Origin: Phoronis australis
Lineage: Eukaryota; Animalia; Phoronida
NCBI GenBank assembly: GCA_002633005.1
Contig: NMRA01000097.1
Coordinates: 384,686-448,685, forward strand
DNA length: 64,000 nt
Reading direction: 5' to 3'
Below are positions 38,101 through 45,165 of this stretch, piece after piece. The notes beneath the pieces are model-generated. The model ran no database searches, was not told the origin of the DNA, and saw only the letters and a program-made list of their open reading frames with translations. The translations under genes were made by a program, and so were the position numbers. Each line of letters begins with the position of its first letter. Within the stretch, counting starts at the first letter, position 1.

Positions 38101-41100
38101 ACACCTTGTCAAACATCCAAAACTTACCAACAAAGTTTCGCTGAGGCTACTGGAATTGTAATTCTTGTAGTAGTAATGTCTGATGTTAGCAACCGGGACT
38201 TCGTCACATTCTTTATAGGGCGCTGTGTTTGGGAAGAAGGTATTTTAATACCAATGTCCAATATTACAATGTACAGTGTAGATCCCTGATTTAGTTAATA
38301 CTTATGAGTTGGGAAAGCAAGATATTCCTCCATGTAAGCATGTGTTCATATACAATCGATGACGTTGATACAAACTTATCTATTGGCACATTAACAACAG
38401 TAGAAAGCAATAAATGGGCATTGCGGGCAAGCAAAGAGTTGTTACAGATATTTTAAGGTCTCTCTCTCTCAAGCATACCTAAAATCTTTAACCACGCCAT
38501 CAGTTGACTAGTGATATCGTCTGCTAGGAAGAGGACGGGTCACATTTGATGCGCAGACAATGTCTCCTTCTATCATTGAAAGGTACATGTATGGCATTCA
38601 ACAGACGTTGGTTAAATTCACACAGCAGACCACTGTTCCGCTTGTTGAGGAGGGCTTACACGTTCAATTTCTAGTGCACTGTGATATCTTGCAAAGACTG
38701 TATATTTGTGCGGTTTGGTCATACTCGCAGGAAACTAGATTTTTTGCTCTAAAGTAATTAACTATAATGGTATCATGAAGCACTAGGAGTTGGGTTCATA
38801 TTCACAGAGATTTTGCATATTGTTGATGGGACCACTTGAGTCGTTTGTTTGTTTTCACAAATAATTCCGTGGAGTGCAAGTCAAAATCTGTGAAGCAATC
38901 TTACCAGGAAAATGGGTATAATGCGAAATCGAATTCCGTGACCGCTCTTAAATATACTGTACCTGTAGCTACCGTTGCGAAAATTCCACAAGCGATGAGC
39001 CAGAGGCGGAAATTCTTTTCAAAAGTACAATAACAGAAAGTTCTCTACGGTGGGTTTGCGATATCATAAGTGGGATTCACGGTCTTTAGGCCGTAAATTT
39101 ATGCAAAGTAGTGGATAATTCAGACAAAATAACGAAAAAATCGGACAGCGCGGTATCCGATGGCAGTAACAAGGGCAATATGTGTAATTGATTGCGACAG
39201 CGCATGTGCAGAAGTGGGATCAATTAAAAAAGATAACTTATTTGTTCACGATGTATACTTGGTCGATAACCTTTTATTTTTTTGAAACGGTACCCTAGCA
39301 ACATGTGACTGACTCAGACAAAATATGAGAAAAAGAAACATAAAGATATTGAGCGGTGACCAAAAGGTTTGATTGGCAAGTTTTAAGACCGCAGTTTAGG
39401 ATCAATATCAGATGTCGCAATAATGGTAATATGTCGTTGCGCTAATGCCATCTACGTCCATATCTTCAAGTTTAACCGTTGATTCATCCCCACGCAATTA
39501 ATTATTGCAGATTATGTTGAAGTGAATGAACAGTAATAATTACATTGCTTTGTTGAAGAACATTGGCCGAGTACAAAATTGAATGCTCAGTCATAATAGT
39601 CATTGCGAACCGGGATGTTTCTCGCAGACTCAAGGAACTCATTAAAACATAAAATTACGCACGTCTTCATAGAATATCACCATGCAAAACTATCACAAGG
39701 AAAGCATGTAAGGGCGACAGCTTTTTTGCAAATATCTTACGTCTACTCCAGACAGATCTCCTATAGCAAGAGAGGTCTTTATGGCGCGAACAGTTTACCA
39801 GCTCCCGTGCCGAGACCACGGCCATTTTAACAAAGAACCTGATATGCAGTACTTCTAGTTTTGTGACACAACTTCTTTAACATAACGAAAAGTAGTTTTT
39901 CTTGCACAATGGTTGTAACAAAACAGGTACGAGATATAAATAATCACTTAGGAACTTAATGCCGCGCCCAACGCCCCATGGTCGTAATCTACTCTTGAAT
40001 TATACAAACATTAAGCAAAAGAGCTTTTATTCATAAGAATCACCTAGGGAAGCTAAGTCTCCAAATTGAAATGGTAGGAAAGACTTACCTACGCAGACTT
40101 CCGCCTTGTTGGTGCAGTCTTTCACACAAGCCTGTCTTCCGTCTGTGCAATTGGCGATCGTGCATTCGGTGTTCGAACCAGCCTTGGCGTTGACGTTGCC
40201 CTGAAAAAAGCAATAATGTACGTCTACATACAAAATTCTCATGAATGGGAAAATTCTGTGAACGCTTTTATCGTTATGCGTCACCAGTTCCCGAATACCG
40301 ATTTCGACCGTTAAATATTAGAGTGCAACCCATTCAAATGCAAACCCAAGCCTGAGAGCTATGAAATTGCAAAAAAAGATAAATCTCCAGGCTAAATAAT
40401 ATTTCTACTGCCAATTGAAAGCGTTCAATCCAGGTATTGTTATGATTGAGCTCATACAAAGTGTACTTGACAGTTGACAACCAAATTGCACATTTCAGCT
40501 GAATTTCTATTCATGAAATCTAACGCCAGTGTCCTTTATCACTGTAATTTGTATTTATCGCCTACTAATTTCAAGATGCAATTTGTTTCAGTTTGCTTCA
40601 TCCTTACAAGTAACTTAGTTTGTGTTTGTGTACTTTAATTCAGTGGTTCGATAACTCTAATGCCGGCACAATGGGATGGCAATATTCAATTCTTTGAAAT
40701 TTATATATTTTTTATAAATACTGTAACACTGTTTCCCAAAATTCATTCTGCACATTCCGAATTGCTGAATGCTGTATCGTCAGCAACTCAGGCGCCGACT
40801 CCTAGGACATTACAATATCAAATGTGTTTTTTTAACAATTTCCAGGACATGCTACAAGTTCACAGGTCAGTTGCCGTTATTTCCATCTTTGCTATCTCTT
40901 TTCAAAAAATAAGTCGTTTCTTTTAAAACTGTTTCTTTTACAAGAGAAAACTTGCCACCTAACGCGCAAGTACGTACACAGTATGTGATCCGCCATGTGG
41001 GCAGTCTGGGTGAAGTATTTGTAAAATCTGCTGAAAAATGTAAGAAACTTAGGAATTCGAAGCGCATGGGATAAATACAAAACGTACCTCGATTGGCGTA

Positions 41101-42016
41101 CACGAAGAAATATCCCACTCGACCTTATTCCGCGTATCGACCTCGACCTTCGGTCACGGTCTATACGCGGAATAATGTCTCGTGAGATATTACTTCCTGT
41201 ACGCCATTCTCGGTACGTTTTGTGTATATATCGCATGTAAAGACTGATCCACAAATGCGTACACGATTTAAGCAAATTTGTTTGGACTACCTCGTGCAGC
41301 TGGGCACGCATCTTGCCAGCGTAAAACCCTTTCTACGCACTCATAACGCTACATAATTCAGCGACATTATATGCGACAATAGCAGTGCGCAAACATGATT
41401 CGTATATAAATACTTTCCGGAGTCGAAAAAAATCGGAGCACGTCGGAATGGTCTCTTTCAAACGACAAGGAAGTAATATTGTTTTGGAAAGCATGTAACC
41501 ACGCGGTTAGAAAGACAATTATTTAGGAAACCGTAAACAAATAATCGGAATTGTAAACAGGGTTTGACGTGTCACAAACTGTCGCAGTCCCCAAATTACC
41601 GGTATGTCAAATCCACAACTCACATGTTCCCACATCCTTGTTACAACTTGATTTGATTTGAAGTTATACATTAGTATCTTGCTACCAAGATTTTCTCCCG
41701 GTTTCCCCGTTATTCCATGAGTCTCTATATTGTGATAACGTTCCTGGGACAAGTAACATACTCCTCCATCGTGTTCGTAAGAAGCCGAGGTGCAACCTGT
41801 TTTTCTCATGCAGTAGAGCGCACACTCAAGTTTACTTTTTGTGCCAGTGTGTTTCGCGAAGTATGACTGTGAAATCAAACCAGTTATACTTTTAGCAGAA
41901 CACGTGAGTCCCAGCGAATCGTCGCAGCAAGTTTGGATTGTTTCTCCAAATAGTGTGTCTGACTGACAAAACTTAACCAGCTCTAAAACCAACGCTGTCC
42001 AAACGGACAAAAACAT
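2618..42016 (-). CDS. 12-exon gene for a secreted ~675-aa protein: signal peptide + PAN/Apple-like + Cys-rich linker + CTHRC1-C-terminal-like domain + FN2 + two more CTHRC1-C-terminal-like domains; no collagen repeat. Exons (minus strand): 42016-41624, 40200-40089, 38222-38128, 35884-35686, 32931-32776, 24498-24331, 21319-21237, 17622-17421 (or identical 15375-15174), 7364-7212, 6932-6826, 4919-4706, 2763-2618
   Basis: All 11 introns are GT..AG with pyrimidine-rich acceptors. Phases chain consistently (0,1,0,1,1,1,0,1,1,0,1). Summed length is 2028 nt = 675 codons + TAA, with no internal stop. Motifs match the CTHRC1 C-terminal domain (RWYFTFNxxECS, EGLC, TGWN, IIVEE). Extra symmetric exons that I missed cannot be excluded. 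Confidence 0.85.
3660..4565. mobile_element. Non-autonomous element with a C-rich (CGACCC-type) left end and a G-rich (GGGTCG-type) inverted right end
   Basis: The ends are loosely reverse-complementary. Internal sequence is shared with 26390-27170 and ~61090-61750. Confidence 0.55.
4706..4919 (-). CDS. Exon 11: core of CTHRC1-like domain 3 ([48 protein letters not shown]...HHTSL)
   Basis: [12 protein letters not shown] is nearly identical to CTHRC1 [12 protein letters not shown]. Acceptor cgtccgcag|TCG, donor T|GTAAGA; 214 nt, phase 0 to 1. Confidence 0.92.
6826..6932 (-). CDS. Exon 10: start of CTHRC1-like domain 3 (VVTRDGSTQRLPEYNFHQWSWLALEDDTDNGHIERA)
   Basis: Acceptor ttttttgccaacag|TC, donor GCT|GTAAGT; phase 1 to 0. 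NFHQWSW...DDTDNGHI resembles the NWKQCSW...D.DNG.I motif of Cthrc1-family proteins. Confidence 0.85.
7212..7364 (-). CDS. Exon 9: end of CTHRC1-like domain 2 (IEGLCDNIQTGLRSIEIHVARVTGSISGETGFRSRSKIIVEEIRYDLDISA)
   Basis: EGLC...TGF..S.IIVEE matches the CTHRC1 C-terminus. Acceptor ttttcccgtag|TT, donor G|GTACCG; phase 1 to 1. Confidence 0.88.
8744..13133 (-). mobile_element. Internally deleted DNA transposon with TTAA target duplication, probably Sola3-like
   Basis: TTAA at 8740-8743 and 13134-13137. Imperfect TIRs: GTACTAGTCCACG...CAGCCATGAGCGACAAGGTGGGGGTCAGCC vs GTGTCAGTCCACG...CAGCCAACAAGCGGCAAGGTGGGGGGTCAGCC. Decayed minus-strand coding remnants at ~11940-12350 (PNHRY..IYWRR, KSDRGL) and ~11240-11520 (GWVWKSSQ...LRNESGKKY...SQQVQS). 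Confidence 0.65.
13653..14160. mobile_element. Tc1/mariner-pogo-type MITE
   Basis: TIRs CCGTATTTGCCCTAATAAGCGCCC vs reverse complement CCGTATTAGCCCTAGTAAGCGCCT (21/24). Flanked by TA on the left and TG on the right. Sits between two ~54-bp direct repeats (tataaatgagaccaagaaagcaact...). Confidence 0.75.
15174..15375 (-). CDS. Exon 8, copy B (coding sequence identical to 17421-17622)
   Basis: Same sequence and splice sites, offset 2247 bp, inside the 14869-17114 duplicate. Confidence 0.8.
15859..15930 (-). pseudogene. tRNA pseudogene or tRNA-derived SINE head
   Basis: GGCTGTGTGGCGTAGTGG (A box) ... GTGGGTTCAAGTCCCAC (T arm/B box) ... GGGGCCA; 72 nt; the anticodon stem does not pair. Confidence 0.7.
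17421..17622 (-). CDS. Exon 8, copy A: core of CTHRC1-like domain 2 (TYHYFKRAADSAIRVFFQSNIMLDGYGSLRYSIRFDGQDCTSPGVVDGIY...DGTGA)
   Basis: Acceptor gtattccag|ACG, donor A|GTAAGT; 202 nt, phase 0 to 1. KRAADSAIRVFF resembles KMRSNSALRVLF; FDGQDCTSP resembles FNGAECSGP. Confidence 0.85.
18099..18170 (-). pseudogene. Second (duplicate or allelic) copy of the tRNA-derived element
   Basis: Same sequence with a few substitutions, inside the duplicated block. Confidence 0.68.
20145..20215. repeat. (CA)n microsatellite followed by a TA-rich tract
   Basis: Directly visible. Confidence 0.95.
21237..21319 (-). CDS. Exon 7: start of CTHRC1-like domain 2 (GTCPKLSRFNIKQYTWDERLARNNGLIY)
   Basis: Acceptor ttttcgcttcag|GA, donor TAC|GTAAGG; 83 nt, phase 1 to 0. 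NIKQYTW resembles NYKQCSW. Confidence 0.8.
22850..23340 (+). pseudogene. Decayed, intron-containing transposase fragment (Sola3-like family)
   Basis: PGCKVYL...IPGLRQLNNFSFE G|GTGAG (donor ~22955) joins in phase to tcaacag|GG AAT (acceptor ~23192), giving FSFEGNVVARKAYWFGDG. This resembles the IxGIxxLNNFxF...RAWKAYxIGxG motif of that family. Confidence 0.5.
24331..24498 (-). CDS. Exon 6: fibronectin type II (FN2) domain
   Basis: TYGGNAGGSPCTFPFVYKGLSYSACIERDPNQSWCATTPNYDIDQIWGHCP is a canonical FN2 signature (C-x-FPF-x-Y, WCATT-x-NYD, WGxC). Acceptor ttttccacag|AT, donor G|GTAAGA; symmetric phase 1-1. Confidence 0.93.
26390..27170. mobile_element. Second copy of the CGACCC/GGGTCG-ended element
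   Basis: gacccc repeats at the left, ggggtcg repeats at the right; internal matches to 3770-4200 (gaacatagaa, ggcaagttt, ctgctcttcag). Confidence 0.55.
27749..28248 (+). mobile_element. Solo-LTR-like element (~500 bp)
   Basis: TGTAAT...GTTACA termini, internal TATAAATA (~27928) and AATAAA (~28190). No clear target-site duplication, so the left boundary is uncertain. Confidence 0.5.
31337..31778. mobile_element. TTAA-flanked non-autonomous DNA transposon (Kolobok-like)
   Basis: TTAA|AGGAGAGTTCCA ... TGGCACTCTCAT|TTAA; subterminal segments match 36505-38073 in the opposite orientation. Confidence 0.65.
32776..32931 (-). CDS. Exon 5: end of CTHRC1-like domain 1 (VGGICDLPISGDIIVKFHVGKCTGITLGLAQTGWNGNGVSMTVEENDLRRSF)
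   Basis: Matches CTHRC1 VEGLC...VGTC...ASTGWNSVSRIIIEE. Acceptor cacttttag|TT, donor G|GTAAGT; phase 1 to 1. Confidence 0.9.
33700..33900 (-). pseudogene. Transposase fragment of the Mutator-like/Kolobok type
   Basis: FACTWHKLGFLCRYGVGNAMGLVLDYEVL resembles the FDGTWxKRGxxSxYGVG...TGLVLDYEVLSKxC catalytic motif; the catalytic D is lost. Confidence 0.6.
33955..33988. repeat. (TTATG)n microsatellite
   Basis: Directly visible. Confidence 0.95.
35686..35884 (-). CDS. Exon 4: core of CTHRC1-like domain 1 (TKTFKKQYSFTSLRVRFRGIVRAGYNCSKCCNRWYFTFNDKECSSPGKIE...DHRPAQ)
   Basis: Close match to CTHRC1 [37 protein letters not shown]. Acceptor tgtttcag|ACA, donor G|GTGAGA; phase 0 to 1. Confidence 0.92.
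36505..38073. mobile_element. Longer member of the same TTAA-flanked Kolobok-like family
   Basis: TTAA|AGGAGAACGCCAACC ... GGGTGTCATTCTCCT|TGAA; both ends align in reverse complement with the ends of 31337-31778. Confidence 0.6.
38128..38222 (-). CDS. Exon 3: start of CTHRC1-like domain 1 (APYKECDEVPVANIRHYYYKNYNSSSLSETLL)
   Basis: Acceptor cttcccaaacacag|CG, donor TTG|GTAAGT; 95 nt, phase 1 to 0. Positional equivalent of CTHRC1 NYKQCSWSSLN...GKIA. Not in the ORF track in this frame. Confidence 0.7.
40089..40200 (-). CDS. Exon 2: Cys-rich linker (GNVNAKAGSNTECTIANCTDGRQACVKDCTNKAEVCV)
   Basis: Acceptor tttttcag|GGC, donor G|GTAAGT; 112 nt, phase 0 to 1; fits both neighbours. Confidence 0.8.
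41624..42016 (-). CDS. Exon 1: signal peptide (MFLSVWTALVLELVKFCQS) plus PAN/Apple-like domain
   Basis: Lies within ORF 41519..42151. Hydrophobic N-terminus after the ATG at 42016. PAN-type motif SKLECALYCMRKTGCTSASYEHDGGVCYLS. Donor CAT|GTGAGT, phase 0. Confidence 0.85.
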
Positions 42017-45009
42017 GTCACTTGTCGTTATCAGCAATGCTACTACGCGACTGATCGCCAAAGACTTTTTCCCGGCTTTAATAATTAAAATGTCAATCGT
42101 TGATACACAAGAAACGTAACAATCTCTATTATGTTTCAAATTTGATGACAATGATCAGATAAATTAAACCTAATCAATATCCATTGCGCCACATTCTAAA
42201 ATTAAAGTAATGGAAACCTCTGAACAGATAAGAAGTAGACGGTAATTGGTATACATGTATTAATAAGTACAGTTATACACGTGTAATTTTGATCACCCTG
42301 CTTTGATACAGTATTCGTCGTATTGAGCACGATGTTGGCATGTGCACACGTAATGCAATGGATATCCAGCGCTATTATTGCTTTGGAATAAATTGAAACG
42401 GTCCACACTTCATCCCTTCACAAACTACAAGCAGAAACTTCCGCCGTTATGTGTCATAACAACCAACTTTTACCAAACCACAAGACAACTGAATTGATGT
42501 TAACGTTCTCGGAGGTTTTTAATTCAAATACCAGGAATCACATTTTTGTTTCATTTGTTACCTACTAAGTAGTGTACAGCATACTAGACGGCATACAGAT
42601 CAAGCGCATGCAATGGCAGAACCCGGATGACAGATAACAAACCATTATTGAAAATGTCATTAGTTAAATAGATGAGCTAAACATATCAAATGTGAATATA
42701 GATATTTTTTATGAGAGTATGTTAATAAAATTTGTATGGAATCACCATTACAGAGCTACGGCGAGTGTGGCATACATGGCGAAAATCGCACTTCACTTTG
42801 CAAACGAACTACATTTCCAGTAACATGGCTCCTCGTTCTCGAGGAGATTAATGGTTCTATCTTTCAGCTTAATTCAGTCTGTGAATAGCGTAGCAGCATT
42901 TACATTAACCAACTAATGATGAAAGTCAGAAAACCTGTTCACAACTCGATATCAGAAATCACAATCCCACGACCTGCTCCACCAGACAGAAAACAAATTG
43001 GTTCATACTATTGAAAAGTCAAAAGACAGACATCAATAGCCTCTTTGAAAAGCAAGCCACAGATGGCAACTGGAGCGAAATCAGTGACTACATATATAGA
43101 GTGGAATACGCTTGAGAAACGCTAAATTATGAGTTCAGAATAACTGCACTTGAGTTAGTTCCGCGTGAAGACATCGTTGACCGCAATGCAGCAGCTGGAA
43201 TCCCATCACGTGTAAGCCTCGTTGCAGCTGTACGGAGAGCCTTATGTTGCAGCTTCCTATTGGAAGGTTGCAGATCCACCAACTGAGAAGGCGTCCTCCC
43301 CGCATATCTAGATCCGTCAGACCATTATTATCCAAAATTCATCAGGGGTATAGATAACGGGTGTAGAATTAATTTGCACTAAATGTCTTCGTTGTGAATT
43401 CATGATTAAAAGCCCATTGAGATCAATTGGAGAACTGGCCCACTGCAGTTCTTGCTTGGAGTAAACTTGTACACTTGCTTTTGAACCCTGGAGAGTGATT
43501 TGTTAAGGTTTGAGTTTGAATATTATTTTGCAGGCTCTGTAAAAACGTTAGAAAATTCATGCGAGTTTTACACAATGAATATCCAGAAAGTTAAATTGTC
43601 TTACAGCTATTGAGATAGTGTTTACACGTATGTTATTCAATTTTGTTGTCTTTATTGTAGAGTGTGATTTTAACAGTGGTTGGATATGGACGGCTACCCA
43701 GACAACACAACGCATACTTATGAATTGAGTTATCTGGGGTCAGAAACGCGTGTTTGTTGTCACAAAACATGGATTATTTGCCTATGATGCTAAGTGAAAC
43801 GATGCATCTAACAAGATTAATGAGATTAATGGCACTCTGACATAAATCCTATTATTTGGGCAAATACCATTATAGAGCCCTTCATGCTTCATATCCAACT
43901 GCTGGTTAGTTCCTACCAAGTCGGATGGTTGTTCTGTTTGTTATTTCTCTCCAGCTTCCTGTTGGCCCAACCTCAAGCAACAGTACATTCACTCGTAAGT
44001 CACTAATTAGACAAGTTTATACCTAGTAGACTCCTTCCCGTTCGTCGTTAATTGTCCTGGACAAACGATACTTCCCTTATTTATTATTTGTAGCCACAGA
44101 TGGCTTTTCTAACTGCCGATTTCTTTCGATTCTAATGATCCCTCAAACCCAAACCAATTCCTCGCCATTTCACAACTTCCCTGGGTATCAGTGGGATATC
44201 GTGTGACAATCGCCGTCTGCTTTGGGGATGAGACCCGGCGGCGAGGTACATGTATAAAGGTTATCAACGGGGCTGGTAGGACAGGGGCTAGTCAACACGT
44301 AGCCCCTCGGTTGGCCGGTTAGGGGCTAGAATACTTCGCATCGCTTTCTGTACCATTTCGTCTGGCCAAATCCGGCCACTGATTTTGAGTTTCACCTCGT
44401 CAAAAATACATTCCACACTTAAAACTATCATTTAAAAAAAGCGCTTCCTTTCTTCATGGATCCATTTATTTTACTTCTATACATATCTTCGATGAAGTTT
44501 AGTTATGAGAATGGGGTGATTTTGCCGAAGAATTTCAATTCCACTTTTTTAGTTCCCGTTGACTTTTTCACCGCGCGCGCCATAACCCAAAGTATGTCCA
44601 CTGAGTCACGCGCATTAGGCAATGGCTAGCGCGAGACAGAGCGAAGCGCGTGACGATGCACAGTTGGGGTCTGGATACCCATGTAGAACTGAATGAGCTT
44701 GAATGCCAGCGGTTTGACAAGTGTGTGACCTCGGCTCCAGACGTACTTATGGTTTGGGTACATGGCGGATACTGGAATTACATAACACTAGACTTGGTAC
44801 TACTCCAACAGGACTGGAGGTGTTATTGATGTAAACAGATGGGATTTACAATGGTTAAGACCTAGATGGAAATGTATCCCATATCGCCGTGAAGCCTGGT
44901 GCGGTAAAGCTCGAAAGTAACGCGTCTAACACATGGAAGTGTCCTCATATACATGTAGCGCGCAACCATTTTGGTGGGTAAAATAATAGTAATAAAATTT
45001 AGGTACCAA

Positions 45010-45082
45010 GTAAAACAAAACAATAAAAAACAATAATAAAAAACAAAAAATAATAATGATAAAAAATAACAACAATAATCAA

Positions 45083-45130
<48 letters not shown>

Positions 45131-45165
45131 TAATAATGAAGTAATAATAAATAATAATGATAAAA
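45010..45165. repeat. (AAT)n microsatellite and A-rich low-complexity tract
   Basis: Directly visible. Confidence 0.95.

Noticed and set aside
39740-39838. Candidate exon between exons 2 and 3
   Set aside because: In-frame TAA in the required phase; 38128-38222 fits instead.
40892-41311. 139-aa ORF with an RS-rich stretch
   Set aside because: Lies in intron 1, has no domain motif and no fitting splice phase that I could identify; likely a chance ORF.
2618-42016. Assigning the gene symbol CTHRC1
   Set aside because: It lacks the collagen helix and has a different multi-domain architecture; orthology cannot be established from this sequence.
42017-42151. N-terminal extension of ORF 41519..42151
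   Set aside because: It starts at a non-ATG codon; the ATG at 42016 directly precedes the signal peptide.
43135-43335. Cys-containing short ORF upstream of the gene
   Set aside because: No recognisable domain in the frames I read and no convincing splice sites.
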